A stretch of 64,000 nt of DNA, taken from assembly GCA_963714085.1 (NCBI GenBank), contig OY970229.1, positions 864,001-928,000 on the forward strand, read 5' to 3'. Below are positions 19,485-28,815 of this stretch, piece by piece. The position numbers and the translations under genes were made by a program. The stretch comes from an uncultured Candidatus Micrarchaeota archaeon. GTDB taxonomy: Archaea > Micrarchaeota > Micrarchaeia > Anstonellales > Bilamarchaeaceae. The notes under the pieces are model-generated. The model ran no database searches and was not told where the DNA came from. It saw only the letters and a list, made by a program, of their open reading frames with translations. Position 1 is the first letter of the stretch. Every line of letters starts with the position of its first letter.

Positions 19485-19811
19485 TCAGAAAAGCAGGACG
19501 CCGGCCAGGAATGACGCCGCGTTGCACAGGAAGCTGACCCTGAGCGCATCGGACCATCCTATCCCGGGGAACAGCATGCGATAAACCCCTGCCTCGGCAA
19601 GAAAAGCGAAAATCTCCGCGAGCGCGGTCTGCAATGCCCAGGACCCGAGACCCAGGGCTGGAAACAGGAACCAAACGAACGGAAGCGTGAGCGTGTTCGC
19701 TATCAGCGAGTTGCGGACAATGAGCGAGATTCCGTATCTTCTCCTCAGCAGGATGAAAAGCAAGGCTGTCTCTATGGATATGGTAAGGCACCATGCGGGC
19801 AGGAAATCCAT
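19485..19811 (-). CDS. 4-TM membrane protein with intramembrane Glu/Asn residues
   Basis: LTISIE...ANTLTLP...AEIFAFLAE...SFLCNAASFLAG. Confidence 0.75.
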   Translation of the reverse strand: MDFLPAWCLTISIETALLFILLRRRYGISLIVRNSLIANTLTLPFVWFLFPALGLGSWALQTALAEIFAFLAEAGVYRMLFPGIGWSDALRVSFLCNAASFLAGVLLF

Positions 19812-19812
19812 C

Positions 19813-20286
19813 CTACTTCCTCGTTGCGATGACGGAAAATGCGAGCACTGGCAGGAGGAAAGCCGGCAGGCATCCCGGTCCAGGCGGATTGTGCTGGTCC
19901 TGCATGTTCCCGGTCTCCACATCCACCGTTATGGAATGGGTTCCGGTGTCGGTCAAATCCACAGTACCCGTCTCCATCATCCTGCCTTCGTATTCATATG
20001 AGAAAAAGCCGCTGGACAGGTAGCACGGATTGAACTTGTAGAACCAGTTGCTGTTATCGCACACTCCGGCTGTGCATGAGAGGTTAATCAGTTTCTGGGT
20101 CACGGAGCCATTGTCCGTGCTGTTGCTTCCGTCGCAATGGTAGGTTATCGAATCCATGGATGTGTACGGGGCTCCGTTCTTCTGCATGTAAACGAGCACC
20201 GTCGCATGGCTTGGCGGCGGGCCGACGTCAGCGAACGCGAGTGAAACGAACAGGATGCAAACCAGCAAAAAACATGCCTGCCTCAT
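19813..20286 (-). CDS. Secreted protein with a Cys-containing C-terminal anchor
   Basis: Signal peptide ending AFA-DVGPPP. C-terminus PGPGCLPAFLLPVLAFSVIATRK. Confidence 0.75.
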   Translation of the reverse strand: MRQACFLLVCILFVSLAFADVGPPPSHATVLVYMQKNGAPYTSMDSITYHCDGSNSTDNGSVTQKLINLSCTAGVCDNSNWFYKFNPCYLSSGFFSYEYEGRMMETGTVDLTDTGTHSITVDVETGNMQDQHNPPGPGCLPAFLLPVLAFSVIATRK

Positions 20287-20295
20287 AGTCGCGCC

Positions 20296-20418
20296 TCATG
20301 AATCCGTGCAGTCCCTCTTATGGCCGCATCTCGGGCAGCTGACGCTGCAGACGTTCTTCGGCAGCTCTTCGCCGCAATTCTCGCAAAGCGCCTTGTCAGC
20401 GCAACAGCCCGATGCCAT
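20296..20418 (-). CDS. 40-aa CxxC zinc-finger microprotein (not in ORF track)
   Basis: Own translation: MASGCCADKALCENCGEELPKNVCSVSCPRCGHKRDCTDS*. Confidence 0.7.
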   Translation of the reverse strand: MASGCCADKALCENCGEELPKNVCSVSCPRCGHKRDCTDS

Positions 20419-20435
20419 AATCATCAACTAGTATA

Positions 20436-21323
20436 TTAGCGCTTGAAAATATATAAAGCCAGCCGCTTGCTCACCGTGATCGATAGGGCTATGCCCGCGG
20501 CGAGTATCGCGCACGAGACGACGAGGCCCTGCCCGAGTATCTTCCATTCGCCCAGGACCGTCTTCATCACGGACTCGTGGAACAGGAATATCTCGAACGT
20601 GTTCGCGGCGATGACGACTAGGACGTTCGGCAGCGAAACGATGTCGGCGCCCAGTTTCTCGATAAGAATGAATGCCACGAACGGGAGCACCATCACCGGG
20701 TTGATGAGCGCCGGCAACAGCGTGGCGCAGAGCACCAGCGGCCTTTTTTCGCCCTGGGCGAGCGCGATGCCGAAGCAGAATTCCCCGAGGAAGAATACCG
20801 GCGAGAAGTCGACCCACCCCGGATAGAGCACGTACCTGTTCGCGATCGTCAGGATGAACGCGAGGAGCAGGAACCAGGGGCTCTTCCTGATGAACCGGTT
20901 CAGGATGGGGAACAGGATGTATAGCCCCATCAAGGGCACGAGGAACCAGGCCGGGCTTATTATGGAATACGAGAGACTAGGCACCATCCAGTTCAGGAAA
21001 AGGAAATGCAGGACCAGGTCCTTCACCCTGCTGTAGATGTCCTCGCTCACGAATAATAGCGATACGCAGATAAGCGCCGGATAGTAAAGCGTCGCAATCC
21101 GCAGCCATCTCTTCTTCAGCCAGTTGAGGTCGAAGCTGATCAGCTCCTTGTACTTCATGGCGAGCATGTAGCCGCTCGCTATGAAGAAAAGCGAGACCCC
21201 AAAGAACCCGATAACACGTAGGTCGTTGTTCAGGGTGAACTCATAGGCCACGTGGAAGCCGACGATAAGGATTATAGCAATTATCCTCGCGATATCCACC
21301 CATGCGATGCGCCCTTCCGCCAT
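20436..21323 (-). CDS. Acyltransferase family 3 membrane protein
   Basis: WVDIARIIAI..VGFH, GVSLFFIASG, KKRWLRI, WFL, IFLFH. Confidence 0.88.
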   Translation of the reverse strand: MAEGRIAWVDIARIIAIILIVGFHVAYEFTLNNDLRVIGFFGVSLFFIASGYMLAMKYKELISFDLNWLKKRWLRIATLYYPALICVSLLFVSEDIYSRVKDLVLHFLFLNWMVPSLSYSIISPAWFLVPLMGLYILFPILNRFIRKSPWFLLLAFILTIANRYVLYPGWVDFSPVFFLGEFCFGIALAQGEKRPLVLCATLLPALINPVMVLPFVAFILIEKLGADIVSLPNVLVVIAANTFEIFLFHESVMKTVLGEWKILGQGLVVSCAILAAGIALSITVSKRLALYIFKR

Positions 21324-21416
21324 GCGGTGGAAATGGCAGCAAGGCAATAAAAAGACAGGCACAGACCCAAAATCAGATCCATACGCTAATAAAAAATATG
21401 AAAAAAAGAGACACGC

Positions 21417-22385
21417 TCAGTCGCATATCCCTTCCTTCCTGACCCTGAACACGCATTCGCCCTCGGGCAGGTTCGGCGAGTCCACGAGCCGTGCGATGCG
21501 CTTGTCATCCTTCGACTTGCGCAGATAGACTCTGTACGTCGAGGAATGGGCCACTACGTTCCCACCGATTGGTTTGGTCGGGTCCCCGAACAGCATGCCA
21601 GGATCATCCATCACCTGGTTCGTCAGGTAGACCGCGATGTTGTAGCTGTCCGCCAGCCTCTGCAGGGTGTGCACATGCTTGTTCAGCTTCTGCTGCCTCT
21701 CGCCTAGCGCGCCTCTCCCCAAATAATCCGAGCGGAAGTGCGATGTGAGCGAGTCCACCACAATGAGCCCGATGTTCTTCTCCTTTATCAGGTCCTCGCA
21801 TTTCTCTATCAGAATTATCTGGTGGTCGGAGTTCTCCGCCCTTGCGACGTGGATGTTCTTCAGCACCTCCAACGCATCCATGCCCTGGGCCTCGGCCAGC
21901 TGCGCGATGCGGTCCGGCCTGAAGGTGTGCTCAGTGTCCACGAAGATGACTCCCTTCCCGAGCCCGCCCTGTTCCACAGGCTTCTGGACGTTCACGCAGA
22001 GCTGGAACCCCAGTTGGCTTTTTCCGGAACTGAACCTCGCGTATGCTTCGGTGATGGCCTGCGTCTCCACTCCACCGCCCAGTAGCTCGTCTAAAGCTTT
22101 GGAGCTCGTTGCGATTCTGCCAATCACTTTCCTGCGCTCTAAGACCATGTCGCCGCTCTCGAACCCGATTTCCACCATGGATTTGGCGGCCTCGATTGCT
22201 TTTTTCGAGGCTTCCACGCCTATCCCGCTTATCTCGGAGAGGTCCTGCGGAGACATCGTCGCCAGCTTCGGGAACTCGCTGTAACCCGCGGCCCTTATCT
22301 TCTCCGCTGACACCTCGCCTATCCCGGGAAGGTCCTCGAGGTCCTTGTAGAATTTCTTCTTTTTGTCGTTTTTATCTTCCGTCAT
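21417..22385 (-). CDS. radA: DNA repair and recombination protein RadA
   Basis: Hh[53 protein letters not shown]. Start placed at ATG 22385. Confidence 0.96.
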   Translation of the reverse strand: MTEDKNDKKKKFYKDLEDLPGIGEVSAEKIRAAGYSEFPKLATMSPQDLSEISGIGVEASKKAIEAAKSMVEIGFESGDMVLERRKVIGRIATSSKALDELLGGGVETQAITEAYARFSSGKSQLGFQLCVNVQKPVEQGGLGKGVIFVDTEHTFRPDRIAQLAEAQGMDALEVLKNIHVARAENSDHQIILIEKCEDLIKEKNIGLIVVDSLTSHFRSDYLGRGALGERQQKLNKHVHTLQRLADSYNIAVYLTNQVMDDPGMLFGDPTKPIGGNVVAHSSTYRVYLRKSKDDKRIARLVDSPNLPEGECVFRVRKEGICD

Positions 22386-22390
22386 ATCAA

Positions 22391-22708
22391 TCACTGTTCG
22401 GTCTGCTTGGTCTCGAACTTGCTCGCGTTCGGGAACACAAGGAGCTTGAGCTGCCCTATCTTGAGCGTGTAGAATTCGTTGCCCTGCTTGGAGACATTCT
22501 TCCACATGCCGCCCACATTCACATATACTGATTTTCCGTCCTTGTCGCGGTCGGTCTGCACCACGCGGAAATCCGGCCTGTTGCCGCTTGAAGCCGGGCC
22601 GCCCACGTTCGGCTTGGAGCCCGTGCTCACGGGCGCGGTCTCGGTTTTCTCATCCCCCGTAATCTCCTCGAATCCCTCATCGCCTAAATTCACTTCAGTT
22701 TCTTTCAT
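22391..22708 (-). CDS. DUF736-like putative ssDNA-binding protein
   Basis: RPDFRV...[20 protein letters not shown] with an acidic N-terminus. Ends 5 bp before radA. Confidence 0.6.
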   Translation of the reverse strand: MKETEVNLGDEGFEEITGDEKTETAPVSTGSKPNVGGPASSGNRPDFRVVQTDRDKDGKSVYVNVGGMWKNVSKQGNEFYTLKIGQLKLLVFPNASKFETKQTEQ

Positions 22709-22724
22709 ACCAATCGCCTGAGTA

Positions 22725-22747
22725 TATACTTATACACTATAAGTATA
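22725..22747. promoter_or_regulatory. Palindromic operator candidate for the radA operon
   Basis: tatacttata-cac-tataagtata (10-bp arms) between a minus-strand TATA-like element (about 22775-22782) and ATG 22708. Confidence 0.55.
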
Positions 22748-22866
22748 CATACTAAGGGGTTAGGGGAAAACCTGGTATAAAAGCGTTTCGGGGGTGGATT
22801 TCCGCGGTTCCGCGGTGAACAAAATCCCCCAATCCATCCCTGTGAAACAATCCCTTTCAATGGTTA

Positions 22867-24246
22867 TCAGCTTTTGAAATACGCCTCGTACAGCGCCCTC
22901 GCGGCCTTCTGGCCGTCGCCGTTCCTCAGCCAGAGAATGAAGCTCACTCCCTGGTGCGAATGGAACGGCACATCGATTCCCGCATCATAGAGCGCATCGA
23001 ATATGCCCTTTGCCAGGCTCGGGGCCCCGCTGGCCTCTTCCCCTACAATCGCGACCTCGCTGAGCTCGCGCACCCTTATCTCCCGCGGGGAGGTCGCGTT
23101 CCTTATCTTAGCCACCACCTCGCCGATGCCCATGCCAGCGTTTTCCATGCTTTGTCTCCTTACTATCACCGAGATGTCGTTTACCGATGACGGAGCGTGC
23201 TCCACCGAGATACCCGCATCGCGGAACGGTCTTAGCAGGCTGTCGAAGAATCCTACAGCATTAGCAATCCCGTATTTCACGACATCGAAAGCCAGGATCT
23301 CGCCCCTGTGGACTATGCCGGTTATACCGTGCTCGCTCCTGTCCACCTCCGGCAGTATGTGGGTCCCCTCCGACGATTCTTCAAAAGTGCTGAGCACCTG
23401 AGTCGGTATGCCATATATGGAAATCGGCTCAGCCGCCTCATACTGGAAAACCCCGAACTTCCCGCCCTGCGTCAGTTCTATGAGATTGCGGTGCGTCATC
23501 CTCCTTATCACCGGCGCGTCTGGATCTATGGAAGGCTCCACCACGCGTATGCCGTTCGTGTCAGTGAAATTCTGGTATAACCGAGCGTGCAATGCCGATG
23601 CGAGCACCGCTCCGGTATAGTCGCTCCCGCCCCTCGCGAACGTCCTTATCGCTCCTCCGGAATCATAGCCGTAGAAACCGGGGAACACGATGCGTCCGCC
23701 GTTACCAAGCACGTCTTGGACCCTGCTCCTGATTGCGGGGTAATCTTCGTCCCGCACGTAATTCTGGTTGCCGGTGCGGCTGACGATGAATGCCGCATCC
23801 GCGGGGTCCAGATAGCACGCTTTCACCCCTATCATGTTCAGGTAATCCGCCATTAGGCGCGCATTGAGCTCTTCGCCTAAGGCCGCGACTGGGGCGTCGT
23901 CATCTGCAAGCATCTTCACCCTTCCAAGCACAGTCTCCTTTATCCTGCCGCTGATTTTGGCGCCCATGCCAAGCCCGCCCTCGATGTCCCGGTAAACCCT
24001 CTCAACACCAGCTATATCGTCTTCAAGGGGTTGTTTTTTACGCGCTTTTTCGACGATGTGGAGAAGCCTGTCCGTCACCTTTATGTCATTCGCCTGCCCG
24101 CTGTTCGATCCCTTTGTTTTGCCCGGGGCTGAGACCACGACGATCCTCATATCCGTATTCTTTGTAACCCTCATCCCCACAGTTTTGAAGCAATCCGCAT
24201 TAGCCAGAGAGCTACCGCCGAATTTCGCGACAATCAAACTTGACAT
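22867..24246 (-). CDS. lysC: Aspartate kinase with two ACT domains
   Basis: VAKFGGSSLA, VVVSAPG, PGFYG, TFARGGSDYTG, NFTD. Confidence 0.92.
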   Translation of the reverse strand: MSSLIVAKFGGSSLANADCFKTVGMRVTKNTDMRIVVVSAPGKTKGSNSGQANDIKVTDRLLHIVEKARKKQPLEDDIAGVERVYRDIEGGLGMGAKISGRIKETVLGRVKMLADDDAPVAALGEELNARLMADYLNMIGVKACYLDPADAAFIVSRTGNQNYVRDEDYPAIRSRVQDVLGNGGRIVFPGFYGYDSGGAIRTFARGGSDYTGAVLASALHARLYQNFTDTNGIRVVEPSIDPDAPVIRRMTHRNLIELTQGGKFGVFQYEAAEPISIYGIPTQVLSTFEESSEGTHILPEVDRSEHGITGIVHRGEILAFDVVKYGIANAVGFFDSLLRPFRDAGISVEHAPSSVNDISVIVRRQSMENAGMGIGEVVAKIRNATSPREIRVRELSEVAIVGEEASGAPSLAKGIFDALYDAGIDVPFHSHQGVSFILWLRNGDGQKAARALYEAYFKS

Positions 24247-24369
24247 ATCATGGCACCTCGAAGTTTTTGTATGTGGCTATTGGTAAATGTTCATATATAT
24301 TAATCGAATGTCTGAAAAAGAACAAAAAATGAAGATAATGTTTTAAAATGAACCAAACACAGGTTCCAC

Positions 24370-25020
24370 ATGGTCACCATAGCCAAAGTCGTCGAGAAAC
24401 TCGTGAAGCAGAACCCTTCGCTCGAGATCTCCCTTTCCAAGGACATCGTCAGCTACTCGAAGCTCGCGCGCTACGTGCACAACGAGGTGGAGAGGGAGTT
24501 CGGCAAGAAGGTCAACGATGCGGCGATAACCGTGGCGCTCAAGCGGCTGAAAGAACGCTCCGGACGCCTATACGAGGCGAAGAAGGGCGAGTACTACGCG
24601 CTCGAGCTAAACACCAGCTCCAATCTCATGGAGCTCACAATCGGCAGGAGCGGCCGCCTGCCGCAGATAATGAAGTCCATATACGAGTTCCCGGAGCTCG
24701 AGGAAGGCTGCATCATGCACGCCGTGCACGGGAACAACCAGACTACGTTCGTTTTCAGCAGCCGTCTCGAGAAGCGGATGAAGGCATTGGTCTCGAGCGA
24801 GAAGGCGATCTTCGACATGAAGGGCCTGGCCCAGCTCTCCATAAAGTTCGACGAGAAGATGTTCCAGACCCCGGGTTTTATCGTCTACGTGCTCAAGGAG
24901 CTGGCCTGGAACAATATCGGAATAGTCGAGATCATCTCCACCTATACGGAGCTTATCGTGATAGTGAAGGAGGAGGACCTGCTGAATACGCACAGGATCG
25001 TGCAGGAGCTGCTTTTCTGA
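24370..25020 (+). CDS. ACT-domain protein with N-terminal helical (possible DNA-binding) region
   Basis: VSYSKLAR...AITVALKR at the N-terminus and an ACT-like TPG...LAWNNIGIVEIISTYTE. Confidence 0.8.
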   Translation: MVTIAKVVEKLVKQNPSLEISLSKDIVSYSKLARYVHNEVEREFGKKVNDAAITVALKRLKERSGRLYEAKKGEYYALELNTSSNLMELTIGRSGRLPQIMKSIYEFPELEEGCIMHAVHGNNQTTFVFSSRLEKRMKALVSSEKAIFDMKGLAQLSIKFDEKMFQTPGFIVYVLKELAWNNIGIVEIISTYTELIVIVKEEDLLNTHRIVQELLF

Positions 25021-25091
25021 GTAAGAACCACATTCTCCCATATTGCAAAACCTTTTAAACTGCGACTGGCATATCATACCAAGTGAAATGC

Positions 25092-25718
25092 ATGGCATCA
25101 GAAGACGGACTCATGGTTGAACGGAAAAGCCGATACAGAATCCTCGTGGTGGAAGACAACCCCGAATTCATGGAAAACGCCCTCAGAGCAATCGCCGGAA
25201 AAGGGCACGACGCGCTCCCTGCCACCAACCTCGAAGAGGTTCTTCATCTCGAGAGGCTCAAGCTGGATTTCATACTCAGCGACGTGCATTTCCCAAATGA
25301 GCTCGGCGGGGAACCGGTCGAGAACATAGTCCCGCTCATGCACGCAGCCCTTGAAGCCAACGTGCCAATCTGCTTCGTGACGCAGGCCGACCATCACGGC
25401 CTGACTGAAAGCGATCAAGGGTATATCTCCATCAAGCCGCTTACCATAAGCGACCTCCTGCAGACGCTCATGACGCTCAGACAGCCGAACGCGGACAAGA
25501 CGAAGAAAGCGTTCTCCAGCGTTCAGTCGACAGATTCCATGGTCATCGAGGCCGGTGCCAAGACGCGTGAGATATGGGAGACGGCCTTTGAAAGGCTTCA
25601 GAACGTATGCGCGCAGAAACCGCGCCCCATTGAGCTCGTGATACGGACGGTCAGAGAGACCGCAGGAGTGAAAGTCGGGGTCGAAAATGGGCTGCTGGTT
25701 CTGAGACCGCGTTCCTGA
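25092..25718 (+). CDS. Response-regulator receiver domain protein
   Basis: RILVVED, DFILSDVHFP (phospho-Asp), ICFVT, IKP. Start uncertain. Confidence 0.75.
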   Translation: MASEDGLMVERKSRYRILVVEDNPEFMENALRAIAGKGHDALPATNLEEVLHLERLKLDFILSDVHFPNELGGEPVENIVPLMHAALEANVPICFVTQADHHGLTESDQGYISIKPLTISDLLQTLMTLRQPNADKTKKAFSSVQSTDSMVIEAGAKTREIWETAFERLQNVCAQKPRPIELVIRTVRETAGVKVGVENGLLVLRPRS

Positions 25719-25720
25719 TC

Positions 25721-25990
25721 CTATCTCAGCAAGCCGCCATTCGTCTGCTGAACAAAGCTCGCCGCGCCGCTGACCGCAGCGGCTGCGAGGACGATCACTA
25801 CGAACGCAAATCCTATCGCGCCCGCCGGGGCCATCAAAAATGCAATTCTTTCCAATCTAGTTTTTTCGTCTGAGAGCCGTTTTCCTGCTAATAGGTAAGT
25901 TATCGCAGCGAACGCGAGAAGGGCGAGCGCCAGTAAAAACACTATGGGCGTGAACATCGAGAGAACCGCGACTATGGCCTCGATCATCAT
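25721..25990 (-). CDS. 2-TM membrane protein, VirB2/TrbC pilin-like
   Basis: Two hydrophobic segments separated by a charged loop. ATGA overlap with the upstream gene. Confidence 0.5.
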   Translation of the reverse strand: MMIEAIVAVLSMFTPIVFLLALALLAFAAITYLLAGKRLSDEKTRLERIAFLMAPAGAIGFAFVVIVLAAAAVSGAASFVQQTNGGLLR

Positions 25991-26235
25991 TTCAGCAGCC
26001 CTGCGCTCCATTGCTGTATCAGCGTCGCGGCGCCGGCTATCGCGCCTACGATGATGGCGCCGATTATCATGGATATCGCGGTCGTCTGCCATTTGCCCCT
26101 TATCTCAGGGGGCTGAGTCTGAGCAAGTCCGTAGACGATGCCTCCGAGCAGGAACAGTATGAGCGATATCACCGGAGCGATGTTCGTGAGAAAAGCCGCT
26201 ATGTTGATCGCAGTCGTTTCAAGCCCTATTGCCAT
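25987..26235 (-). CDS. VirB2/TrbC-like pilin family membrane protein
   Basis: ILFLLGGIVYG...RGKWQTTAISMIIGAIIV hairpin pattern. Confidence 0.6.
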   Translation of the reverse strand: MAIGLETTAINIAAFLTNIAPVISLILFLLGGIVYGLAQTQPPEIRGKWQTTAISMIIGAIIVGAIAGAATLIQQWSAGLLK

Positions 26236-26303
26236 GGATTGGTAAGGCGAAAAAGAGTTTTTAAACCGCTTGTTGCGCTTTCATGCCTCCGGAAACAGAT
26301 GGT

Positions 26304-27314
26304 TCACGGGTTGGTTTTCGCCACTTTCCTGCAAAAATCCACCAATCTGCAGGAATAGCCGTATTCGTTGTCATACCAGGCCGATATCTTCACGAGGTTG
26401 CCCACTGCCTTGGTGAGCTTGGAATCGACTATCGCCGACTCGCTGGTCCCTATTATGTCGCAGGACACCAGCGGCTCCTCGGTGTACCCGAGTACGCCCT
26501 TGAGCTCCTCACGCGAAGCGCGCTCCAGCTCCTTGTTCAGCTCCTTGGCGTCTGCTTCCTTATCCAGCAGGAGCGTCATGTCGTTCATGGAGCCGTCCGG
26601 CACCGGCACGCGGAACGCGAGGCCGTCCAGCTTCCCCTTGAGCTCGGGCATCACGAGGCCGATCGCCTTCGCTGCGCCGGTCTTGGTCGGTATTATGGAC
26701 ACCGCGCCCGCCCTCGCCCGCCTCCAGTCCTTGTGCGAGCCGTCCAGCATGCGCTGGTCGTTGGTGTAGGCGTGTATCGTGCTCAGGAAGCCCCTCTGCA
26801 CCCCGTATTTGGCATGGATGACCTTGAGCACCGGCGCGAGGCAATTCGTGGTGCAGGAGGCCATGGACACTATCCTCATGTCCTTGTTGTAGGTGTGGTC
26901 GTTCACCCCCATGACTATGGTCGCGTCGCATTCGTCCCCCGGGGCCGATATGAGCACCTTCTTCGCCCCGGCGCTTATATGCTTCTCCGCTTCGGCGCGC
27001 GAGGTGAATTCGCCCGAGCTCTCCAGCACGAGGTCGATCTCCATCTCCTTCCACGGAAGTTTTAGCGGGTCGGCCTCCTGTATCCATTTTATCTCGTGGC
27101 CGTTCACGCAGAAGTTCCCGTTCTTGGCCGCCACCTCTCCCTTGAACCTGCCGAAGGCTGAATCATATTTGAAAAGATGGAGGTGCATGTCCATGTTGCT
27201 TCTCGTGTTTATGGCGACGACATCGAAATCCTTGCCCAGCGCCCCGCTCGCCACGGCTGCGCGGAGGAAGTTCTTCCCTATCCTGCCGAACCCTGATATG
27301 GCTACCCTCAGCAT
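26304..27314 (-). CDS. gap: Glyceraldehyde-3-phosphate dehydrogenase, class I (bacterial type)
   Basis: GFGRIG, ASCTTNCLAP, HAYT, TGAAKA, RVP, WYDNEYGYS. Confidence 0.96.
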   Translation of the reverse strand: MLRVAISGFGRIGKNFLRAAVASGALGKDFDVVAINTRSNMDMHLHLFKYDSAFGRFKGEVAAKNGNFCVNGHEIKWIQEADPLKLPWKEMEIDLVLESSGEFTSRAEAEKHISAGAKKVLISAPGDECDATIVMGVNDHTYNKDMRIVSMASCTTNCLAPVLKVIHAKYGVQRGFLSTIHAYTNDQRMLDGSHKDWRRARAGAVSIIPTKTGAAKAIGLVMPELKGKLDGLAFRVPVPDGSMNDMTLLLDKEADAKELNKELERASREELKGVLGYTEEPLVSCDIIGTSESAIVDSKLTKAVGNLVKISAWYDNEYGYSCRLVDFCRKVAKTNP

Positions 27315-27416
27315 AACTCCCACCTGATTAGTTGATGCCATATGGACAAGAAAAAGTTATAACCCTTCTTCCCTTGGGGTCGGGAGCTGATTCGCATCTC
27401 CCTGGTCGATCAGGTC

Positions 27417-27815
27417 TCATATCAGTTCCGAATATTGTCTCCTGAGGTCGGCAAGCTCCGGGTTTTGCGTTGCAGCCTTTGCAATGTCTTTTTTGAATCC
27501 GACTATCTGTTCCGGAGTCGCTTCTCTCACACTCATATTCCTGGGCGGGCCCATGTTCAGAACCACGATACCCCCGATCTTTTCGACATTAACGCACCGG
27601 AGGAACAGAAAACCCCTTCTCGGCAACCAAGCGAGGTTCTCGCTGCCGCTTTCTGTTCTAGTGTCAAAAGTTCTATACGTTTTCGTGATCAGCGGCTGCC
27701 CAGTCCGTGTGTGAGACAATATTACCGGGCGCTCCCCTGCACGTTCGAATTCTTTTCTCCTTTGTCCTTCGGTTTGCCCGCTCTTCTGTTCCTTGGGATG
27801 TGTTAAGAGGCTCAT
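27417..27815 (-). CDS. Hypothetical protein
   Basis: 132-aa ORF filling the gap with an AT-rich upstream region. No motif recognised. Confidence 0.5.
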   Translation of the reverse strand: MSLLTHPKEQKSGQTEGQRRKEFERAGERPVILSHTRTGQPLITKTYRTFDTRTESGSENLAWLPRRGFLFLRCVNVEKIGGIVVLNMGPPRNMSVREATPEQIVGFKKDIAKAATQNPELADLRRQYSELI

Positions 27816-27938
27816 GATATCACTTGAGTTAACGTATGCGTCATAGTATTTTAAATGTTTTCTATCACTTATAACAACATAAACTTTTTGGTTGGCGCAG
27901 AACCGATTAATCCCGCCGTGGCATCCATGCAGATGCTA

Positions 27939-28709
27939 TCAATCGAAGGCGGATGCCCTATATGACAGGTCCCAAGGCGTGAAATCCTCTCCCCTCGCCA
28001 CTGCGCTAATGATTTTCGCCACCATTTTTTCTGCGATGGATTCGAATCTCGGGGCAGCCATCGACTTTCCGTTAACTTTGCCGTTAATCAGGACCTGGTT
28101 GATTCTCGCCTGACCGTCCGCATCGATAACGAGCCATTCCGTTCTTCCGGCGCCCGCGACCACGCATTGCATCTCGAGCAATACGACATCCCCTGTTCCA
28201 TAATGCACAATGCTATATTCAAAGGTCATCTCCCTGCCGCTCTCGGTTGCGTACTCTTTCCTGATTCGGTTGTATACGCTCAGCCGACCCGTGTCCGCGT
28301 CCAGGTGTTTAAGCATGAATCCGTTCCCCAGGATCGCGTTCTGGGTGATCTTCGCCATCCTCGTGACCGGGTTATAGATCACCCTGGCACCGTCAACAAG
28401 CCGCGGGACTATGCCGGAGTATTCATGCGCATCGTAAATCAGACCACCGTCGGGATCATGTATCGTGGCGGTCACAAGCCCGTTCGTGAGGTTATGCGCT
28501 TCCAAGTGCACTGTCATGCCGTTAATGCGCGCCTTTATCCCGTCCGGGTCGGCGTACGTTTTGCGAATCATGCACTCCTTTTCATATCTGGCGACCCTTG
28601 CCAGGTCCCTTTCATGCACCGACATCCAGGAAACGTGCGGAAGCCTGACCGTTGATTCGACCGCCATGCCTTTGAGAAGTCCGATTCTCTTCAGAGTGCC
28701 CGCTTTCAT
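27939..28709 (-). CDS. Hypothetical protein
   Basis: Long ORF with no recognised motif. Start uncertain. Confidence 0.55.
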   Translation of the reverse strand: MKAGTLKRIGLLKGMAVESTVRLPHVSWMSVHERDLARVARYEKECMIRKTYADPDGIKARINGMTVHLEAHNLTNGLVTATIHDPDGGLIYDAHEYSGIVPRLVDGARVIYNPVTRMAKITQNAILGNGFMLKHLDADTGRLSVYNRIRKEYATESGREMTFEYSIVHYGTGDVVLLEMQCVVAGAGRTEWLVIDADGQARINQVLINGKVNGKSMAAPRFESIAEKMVAKIISAVARGEDFTPWDLSYRASAFD

Positions 28710-28815
28710 AATGTTGATATGCAACAATACGTTTTAAAACATGCCCATGCACCAAAACCCACCGCCGCCGGCGCGCCCGGCCCGCATTAAAAACCTGCGA
28801 GTCCATATGAGGGCT

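Noticed and set aside
24250..24310. Leader peptide upstream of aspartate kinase
   Set aside because: The only uORF (MNIYQ*) has no run of Lys/Thr/Met codons and overlaps the promoter region.
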